This document shows, piece after piece, positions 1 through 9,205 of a DNA stretch of 32,000 nt. Source of the DNA: Trichodesmium erythraeum IMS101 (GTDB lineage Bacteria > Cyanobacteriota > Cyanobacteriia > Cyanobacteriales > Microcoleaceae); assembly GCF_000014265.1 (NCBI RefSeq), contig NC_008312.1, forward strand, positions 3,450,001 to 3,482,000. Reading direction: 5' to 3'. The notes beneath the pieces were generated by a model. That model worked only from the letters and a program-made list of their open reading frames with translations. It ran no database searches and was not told the DNA's origin. A program made the translations under genes and the position numbers. Position 1 is the stretch's first letter, and every line of letters starts with the position of its first letter.

Positions 1-1476
1 CTATGTAATAATAATATTATTGAAGGAGAACTAGCTGAATGGAGAAGTATTAATGGATTTTATAAATTAACAACAGAAAACAATTGGCAAAGCACAAATT
101 ATGCACCACAACCAAACACCGATCCAATAATTTATGCCCTTGATTTTTTACAGACGCAATTACAAAATCAAGCCAGGAAAAACATAGACCAGCAATACAC
201 CTATATTCTACCAGACTGGTCAAAACTCATAGAACCAACTTTTTATTTAACTACCCGCAAACTCAAAGAATTAGTCCTCGCGATCGCACAAACAAAACCC
301 AGACCCAGAATGAACTTAATAATAGTAGGTTCTGATTGGTCAATTCCTACAAGTTTGCGTAATTATATTCACATATTAGACCTGCCCCTACCCATTGGAG
401 AAGAACTTTATCAAAATATCTTTAAACTTGCTGTTACTAAATACAATTTAGCAGAAAATAGAGCCAAAGACCTTGCAGAAAAAGCTCAAGGAATGAACTT
501 TCAAGCAGTAGCACAAACCGCAAAATTAATCACAACAAAAAAGCTGTGGCAACAACCAGAAGAAGCTTCCAAACTATTATTAGAAGTCAAAAAACAAGAA
601 ATTGAAAAAATCGGCATCTTAGATTATTACGAACCACTAGGAGAAGGACTCCAAGAAGTTGGTGGTTTAGAAAACATCAAAACTTGGGTCAAAGAACGTT
701 ATCCTTGGTTTGAACAAGATGCAGACCCAGATATGCGCCCCCGCGCTCTTTTACTTGAAGGGTTTCCTGGATGTGGAAAATCTTTTATTGCCAGAGCGAT
801 CGCTATTGAATGGCGCGTTCCTCAAATTAACTTTGAAATTAGCAGATTACAATCTCAATGGGTAGGGGAGTCCGAAAGCAATACATATCAAGCTCTCAGA
901 GCAATTGAAGCTTCCGCTCCCAACATTCTATTTATGGATGAAATCGAAAAAGCTTTTGCAGGAGTTGGTGGTGATAGTAGCGGTACTACTACCCGACAGT
1001 TTGGCACATTCCTAACTTGGCTTAATGACCACAAAGAACCAATTTTTTTTATTGCTACATCCAATGATCGTTCCATGCTACCACCAGAAATATTTCGTGC
1101 AGGGCGTTTTGATGAAACTTTTATTGTTATGCCTCCCACAACTAAAGAACGCTACGAAATTATTCAGAAACGAATCAAAGCTCGTCAACTCAAGCCAATT
1201 TCTGATTCACTTTTAGAATATTTAGTAAAAAACACTCTCGGATTTTCAGGAGCTGAACTTGATAAATTAGTTAAAGAAACCAAAATTTTAACTGGACTTA
1301 ATCAAGAACCAACTGAAACTAATTGGCAAAAAGCTCTGAATAAAATTAATCCACAATATAAAAATCCTAGAATGAAAGAGCTTTTAAAGTCTTACATAAA
1401 TTTAATTGTAGAAGGTAATGTACAATCAGCATCCGAAGTTGAAGAAGGCTTTTTTGAGGAACTATTATCAGAATAA
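1..1476 (+). CDS. AAA+ family ATPase (classic AAA module), 5' end probably outside the window
   Basis: Track ORF 310..1476 has Walker A GFPGCGKSF, Walker B ILFMDEIEK and the FRAGRFDE second-region-of-homology string typical of classic AAA modules. Frame 1 has no stop codon between base 1 and the ATG at 310 (LCNNNIIEGELAEWRS...KPRPRM). The CDS therefore very likely starts left of the window, and 310 is only the first in-window ATG. Confidence 0.85.
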   Translation, partial: LCNNNIIEGELAEWRSINGFYKLTTENNWQSTNYAPQPNTDPIIYALDFLQTQLQNQARKNIDQQYTYILPDWSKLIEPTFYLTTRKLKELVLAIAQTKPRPRMNLIIVGSDWSIPTSLRNYIHILDLPLPIGEELYQNIFKLAVTKYNLAENRAKDLAEKAQGMNFQAVAQTAKLITTKKLWQQPEEASKLLLEVKKQEIEKIGILDYYEPLGEGLQEVGGLENIKTWVKERYPWFEQDADPDMRPRALLLEGFPGCGKSFIARAIAIEWRVPQINFEISRLQSQWVGESESNTYQALRAIEASAPNILFMDEIEKAFAGVGGDSSGTTTRQFGTFLTWLNDHKEPIFFIATSNDRSMLPPEIFRAGRFDETFIVMPPTTKERYEIIQKRIKARQLKPISDSLLEYLVKNTLGFSGAELDKLVKETKILTGLNQEPTETNWQKALNKINPQYKNPRMKELLKSYINLIVEGNVQSASEVEEGFFEELLSE

Positions 1477-1581
1477 TATTACCCAAAAATTGGGTCTCTA
1501 TTATCTCACCCATAAGCGGGCGACTGTTTAGTTGTTTTTTTGAAATATATCTGTTATAATAATAGTTAATATTAACAAAAA

Positions 1582-1680
1582 ATGCCATTGAGCGAGAAAA
1601 CTTATGAATGTATTACTTGTGATTTGACTATAGACAGAGACTTTAATGCTGATATCAACGAGCAAAAAGTATATGAATAA
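1582..1680 (+). mobile_element. Relic of the 3' end of an IS200/IS605-family tnpB (OrfB) gene
   Basis: Translation is MPLSEKTYECITCDLTIDRDFNADINEQKVYE*. The Y-x-C-x-x-C-x4-DRD-x-NA-x-x-N string matches the C-terminal zinc-finger / RuvC-III end of TnpB proteins. Only about 32 codons remain and nothing TnpB-like lies upstream. Confidence 0.6.
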
Positions 1681-1852
1681 GTAGTTTTAGCTAACTTAGG
1701 ATTTTGTGGCCTGGGTCTTATATCAGTTACAGACTGTGCTTAGTGGCATCAGCGTGAAATATTGAAGCTAGCTCTCAAGCTTATGCAATTCCTGCATAGG
1801 TAAATTTGGGAAAGCTTAATAGAACCGATATCAAGTTACAAAGATTATAAAA

Positions 1853-2887
1853 ATGGAAATAGGAATTGCTATATTTGGTGCAGGTCGTTGGGGAGTTCAC
1901 TTAGTTCGTAATTTTCTCAATCATCCTCATTCTCGTGTTATTGCTATAGTAGATCCTCATGCAGAACACTTACAAGTAATTCAAAAACGCTTGCAATTGG
2001 ACAAAGATATAGCCTTAGTAGAAGATTGGATAGAAGCTTTAGAGTTACCAGGAATCTCAGCAGTCGCGATCGCCACACCAGCATCTACTCACTATGAGAT
2101 TATTAGTGCTGCTCTCAAAAGAGGTTATCACGTTTTTTCCGAAAAACCTTTAACCCTTGAGTATTCTGAGTCTATTGCACTATGCAAATTAGCAGACAAA
2201 AAAAAATTGCAACTATTTGTCGATCATACTTATTTATTTAATCCGGTCATAGAAACTGGCAAAACTATAGTTAATCAAGGTAAATTAGGAGAATTACGCT
2301 ACGGATATGCGACTCGAACTCATATTGAACCTGTTCGCTCAGATGTTGATGCTCTCTGGGACTTAGCAATTCATGATATTTGTATTTTTAATAGCTGGTT
2401 ACAGGAAACACCAGTCGAAGTAGAAGCAAATGGTACAATTTGGCTTCCTCAAAAACCCCCACAATCAGATTTAGTTATGGCTAAACTGATTTATCCTAGT
2501 GGTTTTCAAGCTTTTTTACATCTTTGTTGGCTAAACCCTGATAAACAACGTCGTTTAGGAGTAGTAGGTAGTCAAGGAACATTAATTTTTGATGAAACCT
2601 CAGAAACTCAACCTTTAGTTATTCAGCATGGTCATTTAGAATATTTGAGCAGTCGTTGGAAAGCAGTAGATGTTGTTCCGGAGGTTATAAGCATCAAAAA
2701 AGCTGAACCTTTGGCTCAAGTGTGCCATGAATTTTTAAATTGTATTTTGACGAATACTACTTCAAAAATTTCTTCCGGTTGGGTAGGTGCTAAATTAGTA
2801 GAAATTCTCTGTGCTTTGAATAATTCTCTTCAGCAACAAGGAAAAGCAATTCGATGTGACCAAGCTTACAGCGGATTTTATAATTAG
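1853..2887 (+). CDS. Gfo/Idh/MocA family NAD(P)-dependent oxidoreductase
   Basis: 344-aa ORF with ATG start. It has an N-terminal Rossmann motif FGAGRWG, the conserved FSEKPL motif about 95 aa in, and the size and layout typical of the family. Confidence 0.8.
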   Translation: MEIGIAIFGAGRWGVHLVRNFLNHPHSRVIAIVDPHAEHLQVIQKRLQLDKDIALVEDWIEALELPGISAVAIATPASTHYEIISAALKRGYHVFSEKPLTLEYSESIALCKLADKKKLQLFVDHTYLFNPVIETGKTIVNQGKLGELRYGYATRTHIEPVRSDVDALWDLAIHDICIFNSWLQETPVEVEANGTIWLPQKPPQSDLVMAKLIYPSGFQAFLHLCWLNPDKQRRLGVVGSQGTLIFDETSETQPLVIQHGHLEYLSSRWKAVDVVPEVISIKKAEPLAQVCHEFLNCILTNTTSKISSGWVGAKLVEILCALNNSLQQQGKAIRCDQAYSGFYN

Positions 2888-3419
2888 ATTAAGTACTTGG
2901 ACAAAATTAATTTAACATTTTTCAGAGAGTGGGTAGTAGGAAGTCGGGAGAAAGGGAAAAACATATTTGATCAGTAGATCAAAAATAATTTCGCTTACCT
3001 ACTTTGAGACTATTTGTCAAGTTAAGATTAAGACAGGTAGAGTGTTTAATATTATTGAGTTGCCGCGGAAAGTTAATAGTTGGCTCTCTTGAATATATGT
3101 TGCCTCCTAACCTATCCTACTGGAGTGACGCCCCTAAAAATGTAGGTTCTATAAGAATGAAGTGAAATTCAACAATGGCTCTGTTGTTGTTGGGTTACCC
3201 TGATAGAGTATTATTACGTTCGATGCTACCTAACCTAGATTTATTAAACCATTATAGCTGTGTCGGTCTGCTACTAGACTGATAGACCTTTACTAGGTTT
3301 GAATAAATTTTCAATGTCAAAAACTCAAACTATTCTTAGGACATTGGTCAAATTAAAATTATTGACAAGCCATGTAATATTAGGAAAACAAAAAAACTAA
3401 TTGCTATTAATTCATCCTT

Positions 3420-5543
3420 TTAATTCAATTTAATTTCTGTTGAAATATCCTGTTTTTTCTCCAATGATAATCTTTCCTGAATTGGTATAGTAATATAAAC
3501 TGTAGTTCCTCGCCCTATACCTTCACTATAGAGATGAATATTACCATTCATCATTTCCACCAGTCCGCGAGCCATAGCTAATCCTAATCCATTTCCACCA
3601 AATTTACGAGTTTTTGTACCATCTACCATAACAAAAGGCTGAAATAATTTATCCTGTTCTTCTGGATCAATACCAATTCCTGTATCTTGAATAGTAACTA
3701 AAACTTGATTAACTTTATGAGTATGAGCATTAACTAAATTATTCTGATTTTCAGAAAAAATACATTGATTATATTTTCTACAAATAGAGATATCAATATT
3801 TCCTTTTTCTGTAAACTTAATAGCATTACTAATAACATTTTCAAAAACCTTCTGTAACTCTTTTTTGTCAACATAAACAAGTATTTTTTCTTCAGAAGCA
3901 TTTAGTTTTAAAACCAAAGATTTTTGTTCAAGATCGTATCTAAATATATCCACAGTTTCTTCTAATAACTTGATGATATTGATATTCTCAAATGTCATAT
4001 ATAAATTTCTTGCATCAATTTTACGAATATCCAGGATATCATCAATAATTCTTAGCAAATGAATAGCTGAATCATTAGCTTGTTTCAAGAACTGTATTTC
4101 TTCTTCCCTAGTATCACAAAAACCATCATAAATTATTTGCAGTGAACCAATAATACCATTAAGTGGAGTTCTTAACTCATGGGAAATATTAGCTAAAAAT
4201 TCACTTTTTAACTGGTTAGCAACCTGAGCTTCTTTAGAAGCTACTTCTATTTTATCAGCCCACCTATTTAGCCTTTCTACCATCTTCTGTAATGAAACTG
4301 CTAGTTGATTAAACTCAGGAATTTTTAGATCTTGAGGTACTTTACTGGGAGCATTTAAATCATTTAAAGTAATAGCATAATCTCGGAGTTTCTTCAAAGG
4401 AATAGCTAAATCACGAGCCAAAAAAATACTTGCTATGATACTAGCACCAAGTAAAAATAAAATTAGAATAATTAGAACCTTTTGAACTTCTCTAAGACCA
4501 GATAAAGCAAAATCTATAGGTGTAATTGCTAAAACAACCCACACTTTATCATTATCTCTATCTATAGGGCTAGGAATAGCAACATACCCTGCTAAAAATT
4601 CATTATCTTCTGATAATTTAAGTCTTAACAATTTAGGCAATATCTCTTTTAGTTTATCAATAATTTCTCTGAAAGTATTTTTACTTCTATCACTTCCCTG
4701 ATTTTTACTCAGAATATCTGTTTCCTCAATAGAAAATATATGGGCAAAATGTTTTTGACCTTCCTCTGCCTTTTTCATAATACTTTCTAGTTTCTTTGCA
4801 GTCTGTGTGTCTGACAATTCAGAAATCCTACGCCCTAGTTTCCTAGAATCTAGACTAGCTAATATCCTGTACTCGGGGACATTAATTACTACAGTTGAAC
4901 CTGTAAATGAGCCTCTTTCTCTATTTGTTGGCATTGGTAAAGCTGACTTAATACTTAAGGCATATCGCAATTTTCTTTCGCCAGCTTCACTAACATACAC
5001 TGGTACACTCCAAACTAAGCTAACTTGTGTTTTTTGATTTACTTTCTGACCATTTGATTCGCTATCTGCGCTTAACAGTTCTAGGATGCTGTAACTCACA
5101 TAAATATTATACTTGTCCCTAAAAAGTTGTTTTTGCTGTTGAGGCCATATATTTTCCGGTAAAGAATCTATTCTTTCAGTACCACAAGTATTCGCGACGA
5201 TCTCCTCAGTCCGTAAGTTACTCAATTGAACGCAACTTATCTGAGTAGATAACATTTCGTCTAACCGTTTAATATAACTTTGATGCTCTTCAACTGTACC
5301 AGATTCAAGTACATAGCTTTCACTCGCACTAACTAGACTTGACTTTAGTGATGTTGCCCATTGTTGAAGATATTCCGCTTTTCTATCTGCACTTTCTTTA
5401 AGGTTTTGACGAGCAGTGTTTAGAAAAGTAGAACGTGCTTGTCTGTAAATTATATACTGACCCAATACTAGTCCTGATATCGTAAGTAGTAAAATTCGCG
5501 ACAATAGAATCCTATTAAAAGAGGATTGAAATTTCTTAATCAT
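3420..5543 (-). CDS. Membrane-bound sensor histidine kinase (large extracytoplasmic sensor region, HAMP-like linker, HisKA, HATPase_c)
   Basis: 707 aa with ATG start. H-box SHELRTPLN. The ATP-lid region reads IQDTGIGIDPEEQDKLFQPF and GGNGLGLAMARGLVEMMNG. Two hydrophobic segments (near aa 12-32 and aa 355-378) flank a sensor region of about 320 aa. No cognate response regulator is adjacent. Confidence 0.9.
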   Translation of the reverse strand: MIKKFQSSFNRILLSRILLLTISGLVLGQYIIYRQARSTFLNTARQNLKESADRKAEYLQQWATSLKSSLVSASESYVLESGTVEEHQSYIKRLDEMLSTQISCVQLSNLRTEEIVANTCGTERIDSLPENIWPQQQKQLFRDKYNIYVSYSILELLSADSESNGQKVNQKTQVSLVWSVPVYVSEAGERKLRYALSIKSALPMPTNRERGSFTGSTVVINVPEYRILASLDSRKLGRRISELSDTQTAKKLESIMKKAEEGQKHFAHIFSIEETDILSKNQGSDRSKNTFREIIDKLKEILPKLLRLKLSEDNEFLAGYVAIPSPIDRDNDKVWVVLAITPIDFALSGLREVQKVLIILILFLLGASIIASIFLARDLAIPLKKLRDYAITLNDLNAPSKVPQDLKIPEFNQLAVSLQKMVERLNRWADKIEVASKEAQVANQLKSEFLANISHELRTPLNGIIGSLQIIYDGFCDTREEEIQFLKQANDSAIHLLRIIDDILDIRKIDARNLYMTFENINIIKLLEETVDIFRYDLEQKSLVLKLNASEEKILVYVDKKELQKVFENVISNAIKFTEKGNIDISICRKYNQCIFSENQNNLVNAHTHKVNQVLVTIQDTGIGIDPEEQDKLFQPFVMVDGTKTRKFGGNGLGLAMARGLVEMMNGNIHLYSEGIGRGTTVYITIPIQERLSLEKKQDISTEIKLN

Positions 5544-6311
5544 AGCATTTTTTTACCGAAAATTTTGTTCTAGAGTAAAGCCTGAAAACGACGATAGGTA
5601 GTTGTGTAAAATTAGTGATTTGTGCAGTCGGACTTTTCGCGCTGAAAGGAGTTTACTGATCAATATCACTATATTAACTGCATCTACGGGACTACGGGAG
5701 AATTTAATGTTGTAGCGCTAGAAATTAGATTTGTCTCAATACCTAGACGAGAGAGAAAAGACAAGAAACTAAATTATTAGCCAAAATTATACCAAGGGTC
5801 AAAAAAAAGAATCTGTTTGAATAATTAAGTGTGATTCAACAACTTTATAGGGGATATTTCTTTGACAAAAGAAGTAATTTACGAATAAAATATAATCTTG
5901 AACCAATTCATTCCTTGACTTCTGACTTCTAATAAAAAGCCTAGTTATTTGCAGTAAATTTTTATTACACCTGGTATAAATACCCTGTAGTCGGGAAAAA
6001 AATTAATTATAAAATATTTTTCTGAAAAAAAAGTTGATTTCATAACTATAATAAACCACAATTAGCTTCTAAAACAAAGATAAAATTTTCACAAATCAAA
6101 CTCTAAATAAACTACATGAACATTAGATGTATCATAAAATCTGTTTAGGCTTATTTAGAAAAAGTCACCTGTGAAGAGTTTAAAAATACCAAAGAAGCAG
6201 AAAATACTTTTATTAAAAGTAGAATTTATTGCTATAATAATATATTTTTATTTTAAACATCTTTATTAACTTTAAATTGAAGTAGTTCAGAATTCTTATC
6301 TTTTATAGTAA

Positions 6312-6385
6312 TTTTCCACATAGATTCCACAGTATTTCCACAAAGAACTTCAATGTTTTCCACAGGTTAAACAGAGTTTTCCACA
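6312..6385 (+). promoter_or_regulatory. Array of five same-orientation DnaA-box-like 9-mers (candidate oriC element or DnaA-regulated site)
   Basis: The boxes are TTTTCCACA at 6312-6320, GATTCCACA at 6323-6331, ATTTCCACA at 6334-6342, TTTTCCACA at 6356-6364 and TTTTCCACA at 6377-6385. Start-to-start spacing is 11, 11, 22 and 21 bp. TTTTCCACA is the cyanobacterial variant of the DnaA box. An 80-nt stretch just upstream (6201-6280) has only 9 G/C by my count. Confidence 0.5.
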
Positions 6386-6682
6386 GAGTTCAACGACATG
6401 ATAATACTCTTGTAACTAAATTGGGGATTTTGTTCACTCACAGGTAAATAAATTAATATTGGCCAATATTAGTAAAGTTTTGTAACAAAAAATGCTATGA
6501 AACATTTATTATTTCGTAAATATTTTATTTCTAGAAAGCAAGTTGTAATATTTCTCAATATTGACAAACCTACCCCCTCTTAATGCACAATGATGCGACA
6601 TCAGTAGTTCAAAGTTAGTGGTTCATGGCCACAACTAAGGACTATAGAGAAAAAAAATATACACAGAGCCTTACTTATAAAC

Positions 6683-6907
6683 ATGAATGTAACTGTTAGT
6701 ATTCTGGCCGAAATTCCTGAAGCACTGCACGAATCATTGAAAATCTACTTAGAAAATCACTCAGACTGGGATCAAGACCGGGTGTTTTCAGCAGCTTTAT
6801 CACTATTCTTGTTACAAAATGGAGATAGCGGTACACCAGAAACATCTCCCTATTATCGACAAGCTGCTAGAGTTTATCTAGAAACCCTTTTCCAAAATCA
6901 TTTATAA
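6683..6907 (+). CDS. Small conserved-looking cyanobacterial hypothetical protein (resembles the DUF2811 family, from memory)
   Basis: 74-aa ORF with ATG start. The string ILAEIPEALHESLKIYLENHSDWDQDRVFSAALSLFLLQNG resembles small cyanobacteria-specific proteins I recall as DUF2811. This is unverified. Confidence 0.5.
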   Translation: MNVTVSILAEIPEALHESLKIYLENHSDWDQDRVFSAALSLFLLQNGDSGTPETSPYYRQAARVYLETLFQNHL

Positions 6908-7033
6908 CAGAAGCTAAAAGTTAAACTCCTAGTACGGACTAAATTTGAAGGTTTGGGAATCTCAATCCCGCCCTGGGGACTATTATATAAACAACATCGT
7001 GAAAAATAGTATGCTAAATATATTTAAGAACAA

Positions 7034-8482
7034 ATGACTGAAATATTAGATGTCTTAGTCGTGGGTGCAGGTATCAGTGGCTTGAGTTTAGCCCATAAAC
7101 TGACAAAATTAAGTAATAATTCACCCTTGAAAATTTTAGTTGCTGAGAGCCAAAACCGAGTCGGGGGTAATATCACGACAGTTTCTCAAGGAGAATTTCT
7201 TTGGGAAGAAGGTCCTAATAGTTTTTCTCCCACCCCTGAGCTTTTAAAGTTGGCTGTAGATGTTGGCCTCAAAGAGGATTTGATTTTTGCAGACCGTAAG
7301 TTACCTCGTTATGTTTATTGGAATGGTCAATTACTACCAGTACCAATGAGCCCAAAGGCAATGTTACAGTCTCAACTACTGAGTAATACTGGAAAGTTAC
7401 GCGCTTTAGTTGGTGCTTTGGGTTTTGTTCCACCTGTTGTTGGTATGGATCTATCTCAGGAAGGGGGAGAAGAAACTGTATCCCAATTTTTCCAAAGACA
7501 TCTTGGTAAAGAGGTAATGGAACGATTAGTTGAACCTTTTGTTTCTGGTGTTTACGCTGGAGACCCTAGTCAACTTAGTGCTACTGCTGCTTTTTCTAAA
7601 GTGGCTCGAATGGCTGACCTTGGTGGTGGACTTTTGGCTGGTGCTGTTTTGTCTGCTCAAAGAAACCCTAAGTCAAAGGCTGCTGCTAATTCTAATATTC
7701 CTAAAACTAAACCTGGAGAGTTGGGTTCTTTCCGACGTGGTTTGGAGGTATTGCCAAAAGCGATCGCTACTTATTTAGGACAAGCAGTCAAGCTCAATTG
7801 GTCTCTCGTGGGTCTTCGTCCGACAGAAAAACAGACTTATATAGCAGAATTTTCGACTCCCAATGGTTCTCAGCAAATAGAAACTCGTACCATTGCCCTC
7901 TCCAGCCCTGCTTATGCCTGTGCTAAATTATTTAGACCTTTACTTCCTGAAATTGCTGGTACTCTTGATGAATTCTATTATCCTACTGTTGCCTGTGTAG
8001 TTTTGGCATATCCTGTTTCTTCTATCAAGGCCAAGATAGATGGCTTTGGTAATTTGATTCCTAGAGGTCAAGGCATTCGGACTCTTGGTACTATTTGGTC
8101 TTCTGCTTTATTTTCTGGTAGAACACCTCTTGGATGGCAAATTTTTACTAATTATATTGGTGGTGCAACAGACCCAGAAATTTCTCACTTAGATAGTGAA
8201 GCCATCGTTGCACAAGTTCATCAAGACCTTTGTCAAACTCTATTAAACCAGAATCCTGAAAAACCAAAAGTTCTGGCAGTACATATATGGTCTCGTGCTA
8301 TTCCTCAGTATAATTTAGGTTATAGTTCTAGGCTGGCTCAGATTAATCATGGCTTAAAATCTTGGCCTGGAGTATATCTATGTAGTAATTATATTGGTGG
8401 TGTGGCTCTGGGAGATTGTGTTCGTCGTAGTATAGAAGTAGCGACTGATATTTATTCGGGTATGGGGTTTGGGGAGCTTTAA
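7034..8482 (+). CDS. hemY: Protoporphyrinogen IX oxidase, HemY/PPOX (FAD-dependent) type
   Basis: 482 aa. N-terminal FAD dinucleotide fold VLVVGAGISGLSLA. The block GGNITTVSQGEFLWEEGPNSFSPTPELL closely resembles plant and bacterial PPOX (GGNI..-..-.LWEEGPNSF). Length fits the family. Confidence 0.8.
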   Translation: MTEILDVLVVGAGISGLSLAHKLTKLSNNSPLKILVAESQNRVGGNITTVSQGEFLWEEGPNSFSPTPELLKLAVDVGLKEDLIFADRKLPRYVYWNGQLLPVPMSPKAMLQSQLLSNTGKLRALVGALGFVPPVVGMDLSQEGGEETVSQFFQRHLGKEVMERLVEPFVSGVYAGDPSQLSATAAFSKVARMADLGGGLLAGAVLSAQRNPKSKAAANSNIPKTKPGELGSFRRGLEVLPKAIATYLGQAVKLNWSLVGLRPTEKQTYIAEFSTPNGSQQIETRTIALSSPAYACAKLFRPLLPEIAGTLDEFYYPTVACVVLAYPVSSIKAKIDGFGNLIPRGQGIRTLGTIWSSALFSGRTPLGWQIFTNYIGGATDPEISHLDSEAIVAQVHQDLCQTLLNQNPEKPKVLAVHIWSRAIPQYNLGYSSRLAQINHGLKSWPGVYLCSNYIGGVALGDCVRRSIEVATDIYSGMGFGEL

Positions 8483-8494
8483 CACCCCCCTTGT

Positions 8495-8821
8495 TTAAGG
8501 CTGGGGATAAATCGACTCCCGAAGAGATAAAATAGACAGCTCAATTTTGTTTATTTTGTCATCTTTACAAAGGAGATTTGTATCCCTTTGCTGATATTTG
8601 CAAAGTTTAATGCTATTTGTACTAGGTAAGTTGACATCTAATACTACTAAGTCTGGGGAAAACTTATTGAATAACTCTAGGGCTAGAGTGCCATTTCTAG
8701 GAGGCTCTACTTAAAGGTATACTACACACCTCTCTATCTCCCATTCGATTAAACTCAGAGCGAGAATACTTTTGGTGAAAATTTTTGACGAAACAATCAC
8801 ATCAGCTTGTACTAAAAATCC
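8495..8821 (-). pseudogene. Decayed response-regulator receiver (REC) domain relic
   Basis: Minus-strand translation is GFLVQADVIVSSKIFTKSILALSLIEWEIERCVVYL*VEPPRNGTLALELFNKFSPDLVVLDVNLPSTNSIKLCKYQQRDTNLLCKDDKINKIELSILSLRESIYPQP*. NG.LALELF....PDLVVLDV.LP is the REC core around the phospho-acceptor Asp. There is an in-frame stop at 8711-8713 and no start codon (a TAG lies immediately upstream at 8822-8824). The conserved T and K positions are lost and there is no output domain. Confidence 0.45.
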
Positions 8822-9205
8822 CTAATTTATTTTATAGAAAGTTCTCTTTATTCTTCTTTTTTTCCTATAAACTCTTCCTTTTGTGCCTCTTTCCCATAAT
8901 ATGGAAGAGGATATAAGTAAATAATAAAAATTGAATTATCTTGAGATTATTGTTTATAGGTATTTTGGTGACAAGTTGATTTAAATTTAACGAAAGATTT
9001 CTGTTTTCCTCTATATTTTGGGTATTAACTATTTACTTAGTATAGCAACTCAAATACTTTGATATATAAAATAATATACTTAGCTTATTTAATCATCATA
9101 AAAATAGTTGACTCACATTCAGTTTTATTCAGTCCTAGTTGAAAAAAATTATCCTATTTTATGGATGGAATTTTTAACAGGAATAAGAGTTTTATTATGG
9201 TAATT

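Noticed and set aside
888-1588. Track ORFs 888..1139(-), 1025..1216(+) and 1367..1588(-)
   Set aside because: They overlap the AAA+ CDS, antisense or out of frame, and have low-complexity, stop-avoiding AT-rich composition. The same reasoning rejects 4807..5037, 7530..7778, 10773..10982, 14857..15099, 21788..22018, 27799..28101 and 28464..28673.
3095-3240. Direct repeat of CCTAACCTA (3107 and 3228) and short TAGGTT/AACCTA inverted matches in the oxidoreductase/kinase spacer
   Set aside because: The matches are only 6-9 nt and the flanks do not align, so they are compatible with chance in a 530-bp spacer. I recognised no RNA family.
6561-6590. TTGACA at 6561-6566 as a -35 element for the downstream 74-aa gene
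   Set aside because: Candidate -10 hexamers sit at the wrong spacing (TAATGC after 14 nt) or are weak (CACAAT after 18 nt). A promoter cannot be called from sequence alone.
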